A stretch of DNA of 33,844 bases from the NCBI GenBank assembly GCA_023260615.1, contig JALQUY010000001.1, positions 24,369-58,212 on the forward strand. Reading direction: 5' to 3'. Both the position numbers and the translations under genes were made by a program. The stretch comes from Schleiferiaceae bacterium (lineage in GTDB: Bacteria; Bacteroidota; Bacteroidia; Flavobacteriales; Schleiferiaceae). Shown here piece by piece: positions 23,311-30,644 of the stretch; positions within the stretch are counted from its first letter, which is position 1, and the number at the start of each line of letters is the position of its first letter. Below the pieces are notes generated by a model. The model was not told the DNA's origin, ran no database searches, and worked only from the letters and a program-made list of their open reading frames with translations.

Positions 23311-26300
23311 ATGAATGCACCCTTCAGGTACGTGCTACGAATTTTAGTCATTTTTATGGCTGTAAATCAGGCAATTGCACAACCTACCCCTTCGGTTTTA
23401 GCGCAAGGAGAGTGGGCTAGGGTGGGCGTACAGGAGGACGGCATTTACAGTCTAACGGCCGCGGATTTAGAAAGTCTCGGTTTGGGTTCAGCTCCATTTA
23501 TTTCCTCCCAGCTGGGCATCTACGGAAGAACTGCAGGGGTTTTGCCCGAACGAAACAGCAGCCCCCGTGAACTCGATTTGCTGCCCCTCCATGTCCTAGT
23601 CGAGGATGGCGGTGATGGCACATTTTCTGGCGCGGACCGCATCTACTTCTATGGCCAAAGTCCACATACCTGGGTGTACAATGAGGTGACGGATCGCTTT
23701 GACGCGTGGCGCCACCCGTACAGCGACCAGCAAGTCTATTTTGTGACCACAACGCAAGGGGGCGCGCGGCTCTCAGCGGCCCCGGTCTTAACGGGGCCTG
23801 CGGCCGAGGTATTTCGCTTTACCCATGTGGCCCACCACGAGGAAGAACTCCAAAATTTGGTCGGTAGCGGACGTCAGTGGTTTGGGGAGCATTTTGACTA
23901 CACCTTGACGCGTCAGGTGGATTTGGGATTGGATGCCCTCGATGCCCAAAGCACGGCGTTGTTCCGAGCGCGGGGCGTCGGCCGCTCCACCATTTCCGGT
24001 ACCACGCTTGAACTCAGCAGCGCCCAAGGCCCGATTGGCGAGCTCTACTTTGGCTCCATCGCCTCCTCCTCCGGCGCGGACTATGTGGACGAAGCGGCGA
24101 TGACCCAAACGCAAAGTGCCGTTTCGGGGACGTGGGGGGATCTCACCCTCACCTTTAACCGCGACATCAACCCGAGCGCGGCCGCTTGGTTGGACTACGT
24201 AAATGTGAATGCCGACGCCCCCTTCAAATGGCGTCAACAACCACAGGTTTGGCACTTCCTGCCTGCGGATACCGCGGTGCTTCAGACGAATTTAGCTCAG
24301 GTTACAGGGGGGTTAACGGCCAATGGTCAAGCGTGGAATGTGAGCAACCCGCTGCAACCGCAACGCCTGACGCCGATCGGCTTCACCGCCAATGGTTCGG
24401 CCCACTGGGGCTTGCGCGTGGACGGCTCCGTGCCTCAGACCATCGCAGTATTCGAAACCTCGACCCTCCTACCCACGTTGCTGGGCAAAGTAGCCAACCA
24501 AAATTTGCAGCAATCGGGTCCCTTAGATTACGTCATTGTTGCCCCTGCTTTTTTGCTGCCGGAAGCCCAACGATTGGTGGATTTTCATGAGGAAAATGGC
24601 TTGCGCGTCAAAGCGGTGGATGTACAAGAGATCTACAACGAATTCTCGTCGGGTGTTCAGGACATTACGGCCATCAAAGACTACCTGCGCCACCTCTGGA
24701 ATTCGGCCGATACCGCTGCGGACAGACCCCAATATTTGCTCCTTTTTGGCGACGCGTCTTATGACTACCGAGGGGTTGTGGAACCCAATACCAATCAAGT
24801 TCCAATCTACCAGAGCTACAGCAGTTTCTCCCTGTATTCCTCCTTTAGCACCGATGATTTCTACGGCTTTATGGACGAGGATGAGGGCAACAATTTGCGC
24901 GCCAAGGGTTTGGATTTAGGCATTGGCCGAATCCCTGTCAATACGGTAGAAGAAGCCAAAGGGGTGGTCGATAAAATTTTGGCCTATTCGGACCCGTCCA
25001 AATCCATCGGTCCTTGGCGGAAAAAAGTGCTCTTTGTATCGGACGATGTAGACAAAGGCTGGGAGGCCGTACTCACCAGTATTCCGGATATCATTGCGGA
25101 CCGTTTGGATACCGTCTACCCCTTTCTGGATATCGATAAGATGTACGCGGATAGCTACGAACAGCAGTCGAGCAGCGCCAGTCAAAGCTACCCTCGATTG
25201 CGCACGGAGCTCGTGCAATCCATCAACGACGGCAATCTTGTTACGGCCTACGTGGGCCACGGTGGCGAAGTGGGCTGGGCCAGCGAGAACATCCTGCAGC
25301 TCAATGACACCAAGACGTTTTCGAACGGGGCCAAGCTTCCCCTCTTTGTCACCGTCACCTGCGAGTTCAGCCGATTGGACGACCCCTTGCGTACGTCAGC
25401 TGGTGAGTTTTTGCTCTTAAATCCACAGGGCGGCGCGATAGCCTTGCTCAGTACGACGCGTGTGGTGTATGTGGATGGTGCAGCTACGCTTAACGATTCC
25501 ATTTTCCGGGTCATTTTCGAGAAGGAGGGAGGGCAGTACCGAACCTTTGGACAGATCCTGCGCAGCGCCAAAAACGGCACCACCTCGTCCGATAAATTGC
25601 GCTTCTCGCTGCTCGGCGATCCCGCGCTGCGCCTGAACATTCCCGAACATCGGGTCGTCCTGGACAGCCTCAATGCCCTTGAGCTCCTTCCCGCCACCCT
25701 TGCCGCTCAAAGCGACACGCTCCAAGCGCTGTCGCGTGTTCGCATTCATGGTCATGTGGAGGATGGGTTTACCAGCACGCTTCGCAGCGATTTTAACGGT
25801 CCCATGGAGGTTATTCTCTACGATAAAAAGGTGCAGCGCAGCACGCTCAAAAACGACAACGAAGGCCCCTTCATCTCCTTTGACGAATGGGCCAATGCGG
25901 CCTACCGCGGGAAAGTCTTTGCGCAGCAGGGCCGCTTTGAAGCCGAGTGGGTGATGCCGCTGGACATTGCGCTCCAAGTGGGGCAAGGCAAATTCTCCTT
26001 TTATGCGCAAACGGATTCGACGGATGCCTCGGGCAGCGATTTCCGGGTGTGGATTGGCGGCATTGATCCCAATGCGCCGGTGGACGTGACGGGCCCCACC
26101 GTAGAGGTCTTCATGGGCGATACCAACTTTGTATCTGGCGGCATTACGGGGCCGAGCCCGCTGGGGCTTGTGCGCCTTTTTGACGAAAATGGCATCAATG
26201 CCGTGGGCAATGGCATTGGGCACGACTTGATGGGGGCCCTGGATGGGAATTGGAATGAGGCATTCTCCCTGAACAGCCGGTATTCCTCAGACGCTGGCAC

Positions 26301-26748
26301 ATTCCAGCGCGGCCAAGCGACGTGGCCCTTTGAGAATTTGGCGGAAGGGGCACATACTTTTTCGGTCCGAGCGTGGGACAGTTACAATAATGTGGCCGAA
26401 GGCAGCGTTGACTTTACCGTGTTCCTTCGCGATCAATTGAAACTCGGCGCCCTGCGCATCTACCCCAACCCGGGGATGGGCCCGTTCCACCTCGATGTGG
26501 AGCACAATGCTCAGGGCGACAGTTTGGAAGCCGTTTGGACCGTTGTAACTCCGGAAGGGCAAATCGTTTACCACCATATCTGGGAAGGGAATGCACATTC
26601 GGCCGTACTTCAGTCCGTGGATTGGGATGGGACGGATGGCCGCGGGCACCTTCTGCCTTCCGGGTGGTATATGGCCCGAGTTCAGGTTCGCCGAAAGACA
26701 GATGGCCAAATCGTTCAAGCTGCTGAGCGCGTAATCCTCCTTCACTAA
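23311..26748 (+). CDS. porU: Type IX secretion system sortase PorU (C25-like cysteine peptidase)
   Basis: The start is revised to ATG 23311 (MNAPFRYVLRILVIFMAVNQAIAQ, a signal peptide), giving 1145 aa. The track start is GTG 23227. The gingipain-like catalytic dyad context is present (AYVGHGGEVGWA and LFVTVTCEFSR). A C-terminal type A CTD-like segment follows (LRIYPNPGMGPFHLDVEH...). Confidence 0.9.
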   Translation: MNAPFRYVLRILVIFMAVNQAIAQPTPSVLAQGEWARVGVQEDGIYSLTAADLESLGLGSAPFISSQLGIYGRTAGVLPERNSSPRELDLLPLHVLVEDGGDGTFSGADRIYFYGQSPHTWVYNEVTDRFDAWRHPYSDQQVYFVTTTQGGARLSAAPVLTGPAAEVFRFTHVAHHEEELQNLVGSGRQWFGEHFDYTLTRQVDLGLDALDAQSTALFRARGVGRSTISGTTLELSSAQGPIGELYFGSIASSSGADYVDEAAMTQTQSAVSGTWGDLTLTFNRDINPSAAAWLDYVNVNADAPFKWRQQPQVWHFLPADTAVLQTNLAQVTGGLTANGQAWNVSNPLQPQRLTPIGFTANGSAHWGLRVDGSVPQTIAVFETSTLLPTLLGKVANQNLQQSGPLDYVIVAPAFLLPEAQRLVDFHEENGLRVKAVDVQEIYNEFSSGVQDITAIKDYLRHLWNSADTAADRPQYLLLFGDASYDYRGVVEPNTNQVPIYQSYSSFSLYSSFSTDDFYGFMDEDEGNNLRAKGLDLGIGRIPVNTVEEAKGVVDKILAYSDPSKSIGPWRKKVLFVSDDVDKGWEAVLTSIPDIIADRLDTVYPFLDIDKMYADSYEQQSSSASQSYPRLRTELVQSINDGNLVTAYVGHGGEVGWASENILQLNDTKTFSNGAKLPLFVTVTCEFSRLDDPLRTSAGEFLLLNPQGGAIALLSTTRVVYVDGAATLNDSIFRVIFEKEGGQYRTFGQILRSAKNGTTSSDKLRFSLLGDPALRLNIPEHRVVLDSLNALELLPATLAAQSDTLQALSRVRIHGHVEDGFTSTLRSDFNGPMEVILYDKKVQRSTLKNDNEGPFISFDEWANAAYRGKVFAQQGRFEAEWVMPLDIALQVGQGKFSFYAQTDSTDASGSDFRVWIGGIDPNAPVDVTGPTVEVFMGDTNFVSGGITGPSPLGLVRLFDENGINAVGNGIGHDLMGALDGNWNEAFSLNSRYSSDAGTFQRGQATWPFENLAEGAHTFSVRAWDSYNNVAEGSVDFTVFLRDQLKLGALRIYPNPGMGPFHLDVEHNAQGDSLEAVWTVVTPEGQIVYHHIWEGNAHSAVLQSVDWDGTDGRGHLLPSGWYMARVQVRRKTDGQIVQAAERVILLH

Positions 26749-26751
26749 GCC

Positions 26752-26759
26752 TATATTTG
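26752..26759 (+). promoter_or_regulatory. -7 box TATATTTG (perfect TAnnTTTG) in the porU-porV spacer, 6 nt upstream of the porV ATG
   Basis: Exact consensus match. No clear -33 element. Confidence 0.35.
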
Positions 26760-26765
26760 CTCCCC

Positions 26766-27968
26766 ATGATTCGCTTCATTCGACCTATTCTTTTGACGTC
26801 TGCCTTGTTGAGCAGTTCGGCCCTTTTGGCGCAGACCACCGCTTTTGGTGACAATTTGAACGTTGTAACCTCTGCCATGCCGATGCTGAATATTGGTCCA
26901 GACGCTCGAATGGGCGGCCTGGCAAACGCGGGGGTCGCGGCCTCTCCCGACGCCAACGCGCTGTTCTGGAATCCTGCCAAGTTGGCGTTTATGGGCGCTG
27001 GAAACATGCAAGGAGGCTTGTCCTACACGCCTTGGTTGCGCCGTTTGGTGCCCGATGTGGAGCTTATGTTTGCCAATGTGGCCATGGGCTTGGGCGAGCG
27101 TTCGGGATTTGGCGCGAGTTTGCGCTACTTCTCTTTGGGTGACATTACGTTCCGAAATGAACAAGGCGACGAACAGGGCACCTACCGCCCCTACGAGATG
27201 GCCTTGGATATGGCGTATGCGTTGAAGCTTTCGGAAAATTGGTCTGCCGGCGTTGGACTTCGGTACGCCCTGTCTGATTTGACGCAGGGCCAAGTGGTGG
27301 GCAACCTCCAAACGAAACCCGGCCAAACCGTAGCCACCGACGTGAGCTTTTACTACCAAGGCGAAGAACTCAATTTGCCCGACGGTCAAAAAGGCCAGTG
27401 GCTCGGCGGTTTGAACATTTCGAACATTGGCGCCAAAGTGAAGTACACGGAATCGGGCGATGCCGATTTCATTCCCACCAACATGAAACTGGGTGTGGGC
27501 TACAATTGGATTTTGGACCGCTACAACCGCGTGGTAGTGCTTTTTGATGTGAACAAACTTCTCGTTCCAACGCAGCCTGTCCGCGACCTCCTGGACGTGG
27601 ACGGCGATGGGGATCGCTACGAAATCATTGCAGGCAAGGACGACAATGTATCGGTCATGCAAGGCATCTTCCAGAGCTGGGATCCCTCGGCAAAACCCGA
27701 TGGTACCCGAGAATTGATGCGCGAGTTTATGTACAATGCCGGTGTAGAGTATTGGTACGACGACAAGTTTGCAGTGCGTGGTGGGTACCAGCACGAAGAC
27801 CAGCTGAAGGGCAATCGCCGCTTCTTTACTATGGGCTTTGGGTTGCGCTATTCCCTGCTGGGACTGGACTTCGCGTATCTTTTTCCCGCAGATCAAACGG
27901 TGCGCTCCCCCTTGGAAAACACCATCCGATTCAGTGCCCTGGTGGACCTGAATCAACTCCTCGATTGA
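26766..27968 (+). CDS. porV: Type IX secretion system outer-membrane shuttle/channel protein PorV (LptO)
   Basis: The start is revised to ATG 26766 (MIRFIRPILLTSALLSSSALLAQ), giving 400 aa. The track start is TTG 26757. MPMLNIGPDARMGGLANAGVAASPDANALFWNPAKLAF and a FadL-like barrel architecture are typical of PorV. Confidence 0.9.
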   Translation: MIRFIRPILLTSALLSSSALLAQTTAFGDNLNVVTSAMPMLNIGPDARMGGLANAGVAASPDANALFWNPAKLAFMGAGNMQGGLSYTPWLRRLVPDVELMFANVAMGLGERSGFGASLRYFSLGDITFRNEQGDEQGTYRPYEMALDMAYALKLSENWSAGVGLRYALSDLTQGQVVGNLQTKPGQTVATDVSFYYQGEELNLPDGQKGQWLGGLNISNIGAKVKYTESGDADFIPTNMKLGVGYNWILDRYNRVVVLFDVNKLLVPTQPVRDLLDVDGDGDRYEIIAGKDDNVSVMQGIFQSWDPSAKPDGTRELMREFMYNAGVEYWYDDKFAVRGGYQHEDQLKGNRRFFTMGFGLRYSLLGLDFAYLFPADQTVRSPLENTIRFSALVDLNQLLD

Positions 27969-28018
27969 GAACCTTAGTGTACTTTTTACCCTAGGGCCGG
28001 TATTCCGGCGCTACGCAC

Positions 28019-28026
28019 TATTTTTG
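28019..28026 (+). promoter_or_regulatory. -7 box TATTTTTG (perfect TAnnTTTG) upstream of pdhA
   Basis: Lies 35 nt upstream of ATG 28062. Confidence 0.4.
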
Positions 28027-28061
28027 AGGCCGCCTTACGGCGTTTCCATCAATTGCGACAC

Positions 28062-29057
28062 ATGGCAAAGAAAAAACTCACCAAAGAAGTTTACCTCAAG
28101 TGGTACGAAGACATGCTCTTCTGGCGCAAGTTTGAGGACATGGCTGCGGCCTTGTACATCCAACAAAAAATTCGGGGCTTTTTGCACCTCTACAACGGAC
28201 AAGAAGCGGTTTTAGCTGGCGCCTTGTTAGCTATGGAGCCAGGCGATAAAATGATTACCGCCTACCGCAACCACGTGCAGCCTATTGGCTTAGGCGTGGA
28301 TCCTCGCAAAATCATGGCAGAGCTCATGGGCAAAGTGACCGGTACCTCTCGTGGTAAAGGGGGCTCCATGCACATGTTCTCGAAAGAACACCACTTCTAC
28401 GGTGGCCATGGTATCGTAGGCGGTCAGATTCCCTTGGGTGCTGGTTTGGCTTTTGCCGATAAGTACAAGGGCGATAAGAACGTTACTTTGACCTATATGG
28501 GCGATGGCGCGGTTCGTCAGGGTTCTTTGCACGAGACCTTCAATTTGGCCATGCTCTGGAACCTGCCCGTTGTCTTCGTTTGTGAGAACAACGGTTACGC
28601 CATGGGCACGAGCGTAGAGCGCACGGCAAATCATACGGACATCTGGAAGCTGGGTTTGGGCTATGAAATGCCCTGTCAAGCTGTGGACGGGATGGATCCT
28701 GCCGTGGTGTACGAAGCCATGCAAGAGGCCATCGACCGCGCACGTTCTGGCGGCGGCCCAACCTTCTTAGAAATCCGCACCTACCGCTACAAGGGCCACT
28801 CCATGTCCGACGCGCAGCACTACCGCACCAAAGACGAGGTAGCGGAATACCAGAAAGTAGACCCCATCCTCATCGCGAAAACGATGTTGACCAAGAAGAA
28901 GTGGGCAAGCGAAGCAGATATCGAAGCGATCGACACGCGCGTCAAAGCGCTCGTAGCTGAATGTGTGCAATTTGGTGAAGATTCTCCTTTCCCAGAGGCA
29001 CATGAACTTTGGCAGCATATCTACGTTCAAGAAGACTATCCATTTATCAAGGAATAA
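28062..29057 (+). CDS. pdhA: Pyruvate dehydrogenase (acetyl-transferring) E1 component, alpha subunit
   Basis: The start is revised to ATG 28062 (MAKKKLTKEVY), giving 331 aa. The track start is TTG 28053. GFLHLYNGQEAV, the TPP-binding YMGDGAVRQG...CENNGYAMGT and YRYKGHSMSD motifs are present. Confidence 0.9.
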   Translation: MAKKKLTKEVYLKWYEDMLFWRKFEDMAAALYIQQKIRGFLHLYNGQEAVLAGALLAMEPGDKMITAYRNHVQPIGLGVDPRKIMAELMGKVTGTSRGKGGSMHMFSKEHHFYGGHGIVGGQIPLGAGLAFADKYKGDKNVTLTYMGDGAVRQGSLHETFNLAMLWNLPVVFVCENNGYAMGTSVERTANHTDIWKLGLGYEMPCQAVDGMDPAVVYEAMQEAIDRARSGGGPTFLEIRTYRYKGHSMSDAQHYRTKDEVAEYQKVDPILIAKTMLTKKKWASEADIEAIDTRVKALVAECVQFGEDSPFPEAHELWQHIYVQEDYPFIKE

Positions 29058-29060
29058 TCC

Positions 29061-30326
29061 ATGGCAATCGTAATCAATATGCCGCGTTTGAGCGACACCA
29101 TGACCGAAGGGGTGGTGGCCAAGTGGCACGTGAAAGTTGGAGATGCAATTACCGAGGGCACGTTGCTCGCGGAAATTGAAACCGATAAAGCCACCATGGA
29201 CTTTGAGGCCTTTCCAGGCCAAGAAGGAACCCTTTTGCACATCGGCGTCCAGGAAGGCCAAACCTCTCCCGTAGATACCATCTTGGCGGTGATTGGTGCG
29301 AAAGGCGAAGACATTTCAGCCCTTTTGGCTGGAGGTGGTGCGGCTCCTGCTGCTGCTCCTGCTCCTGCGGCTGAAGCGGCTCCCGCAGCCCCTGCGGCTC
29401 CTGCTGCAGCACCTGTAGCCGAAGTTCCTGTAGCGGCTCCTGCAGCTCCAGCGACGGACGCACGTGTCAAAGCTTCTCCTTTGGCGAAGAGCATGGCGGC
29501 AGATAAGGGCGTAGACCTTTCTAGGGTCCAAGGATCCGGAGAAGGCGGTCGTATTGTCAAGCGCGACATTGAATCTGCAGCTAGCGGAGCATCGGCCCCC
29601 GCACCCGTTGCAGCTCCTGCTGCCGCTGCGGTCAGCTACCCCTCTTCGGGCTACCAAGACACTCCTATCTCTCAAATGCGCAAGACCATTGCCAAGCGTT
29701 TGAGCGAAAGCAAGTTCACAGCTCCCCACTTCTATTTGACCATGTCGGTAGATATGGATGCGGCTATCGAAGCGCGCCAGGCATTGAATGCCACGGGCGA
29801 TCACAAAATTTCCTTCAACGACTTGGTGGTGAAAGCCGTTTCCAAGGCATTGAAAAAGCACCCTGCCGTTAACAGTGCATGGTTGGGCGATGTCATTCGA
29901 ACCAACTACGACGTGCATGTGGGTGTGGCGGTTGCGGTGGAAGATGGACTTTTGGTACCCGTAATTCGTCACGCGGACGCTAAGAGTTTGACGCAAATTT
30001 CTGCGGAAGTCAAGGACTTTGCACAGCGCGCCAAGACCAAGAAACTGCAGCCTGCCGATTGGGAGGGCAACACCTTTACCATCTCCAACTTGGGCATGTT
30101 TGGCATTGACCAGTTTACCGCCATTGTGAACCCACCCGATAGCTGCATTTTGGCGGTTGGTGGCATCCAAGCGGTTCCAGTCGTCAAGAATGGTCAAGTG
30201 GTACCTGGCAACATCATGAAGTTGACCTTGAGCTGCGACCACCGCGTGGTGGATGGAGCGACGGGATCTGCATTCTTGAACTCTGTCAAGGCGTTCTTGG
30301 AGTCCCCAGTGACCATGATGCTTTAA
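29061..30326 (+). CDS. Dihydrolipoamide acetyltransferase (E2) of the pyruvate dehydrogenase complex
   Basis: 421 aa. It has one lipoyl domain (EIETDKATMDFEA), an Ala/Pro-rich linker, a subunit-binding domain (ASPLAKSMAADKGVDLSRVQGSGEGGRIVKRD) and a catalytic domain with DHRVVDG. Confidence 0.9.
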   Translation: MAIVINMPRLSDTMTEGVVAKWHVKVGDAITEGTLLAEIETDKATMDFEAFPGQEGTLLHIGVQEGQTSPVDTILAVIGAKGEDISALLAGGGAAPAAAPAPAAEAAPAAPAAPAAAPVAEVPVAAPAAPATDARVKASPLAKSMAADKGVDLSRVQGSGEGGRIVKRDIESAASGASAPAPVAAPAAAAVSYPSSGYQDTPISQMRKTIAKRLSESKFTAPHFYLTMSVDMDAAIEARQALNATGDHKISFNDLVVKAVSKALKKHPAVNSAWLGDVIRTNYDVHVGVAVAVEDGLLVPVIRHADAKSLTQISAEVKDFAQRAKTKKLQPADWEGNTFTISNLGMFGIDQFTAIVNPPDSCILAVGGIQAVPVVKNGQVVPGNIMKLTLSCDHRVVDGATGSAFLNSVKAFLESPVTMML

Positions 30327-30348
30327 GAGGCAAAACTTTCCAAAAAAG

Positions 30349-30372
30349 AAGGGCCGTTGGGCCCTTTTTTTT
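30349..30372 (+). terminator. Rho-independent terminator (possibly bidirectional) after the E2 gene
   Basis: AAGGGCC-gttg-GGCCCTT has a 7-bp GC-rich stem followed by T8. An A6 run precedes the stem. Confidence 0.7.
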
Positions 30373-30375
30373 CCC

Positions 30376-30401
30376 GAAATTTGTAAGGTAGATTCATTCT
30401 A
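30376..30401 (+). promoter_or_regulatory. feoAB promoter-like -7 box (GAAATTTG) followed by an imperfect palindrome (TAGAttcatTCTA), a candidate Fur-type operator
   Basis: The -7-like box is at 30376-30383. The palindrome at 30389-30401 contains ATTCATTCTA, which matches AATCATTATC of the classical Fur box at 7/10 by eye. Confidence 0.3.
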
Positions 30402-30416
30402 AATAACAACCCACTG

Positions 30417-30644
30417 ATGTTCCTCTCTGAGCTGGCCTTGGGCCAGAAAGCCATCGTCTTACAGGCGCCGGAAACCCTTCCGGTGAAGCTGTTTGAAATG
30501 GGCTGTATGCCTGGAGAGGAAATTGAGTTGGTTTTTTCGGCTCCTTTTCAAGACCCGATGTGCTTCCGCGTGCAGGGAACCTTGATTTCCATGCGTCGCG
30601 AATTGGCAGCCATCATCCCTATTACTGAGCCGGATGCCCGATAA
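30417..30644 (+). CDS. feoA: Ferrous iron transport protein A
   Basis: 75 aa of small SH3-like FeoA type (LSELALGQKAIV...LFEMGCMPGEEIELV). It lies immediately upstream of feoB and overlaps it by 11 nt. Confidence 0.8.
   Translation: MFLSELALGQKAIVLQAPETLPVKLFEMGCMPGEEIELVFSAPFQDPMCFRVQGTLISMRRELAAIIPITEPDAR

Noticed and set aside
26751-27956. A 401-aa minus-strand ORF antisense to the whole of porV. Similar cases are 25417-26223 (antisense to porU), 22389-23126 (antisense to the PorP-like gene), 6435-7166 (antisense to the cargo gene) and 9311-10015 (antisense to the MVK-like gene).
   Set aside because: The reasoning is the same. Each lies entirely within a confidently assigned gene on the other strand and has no motifs. 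The amino-acid composition (R/G/A/V/H-rich) is typical of antisense translation.
29330-29460. Repetitive GCT/GCA/CCT-rich DNA that looks like a microsatellite or mobile repeat.
   Set aside because: It encodes the Ala/Pro-rich flexible linker between the lipoyl and subunit-binding domains of E2. This is a standard feature of 2-oxoacid dehydrogenase E2 proteins.
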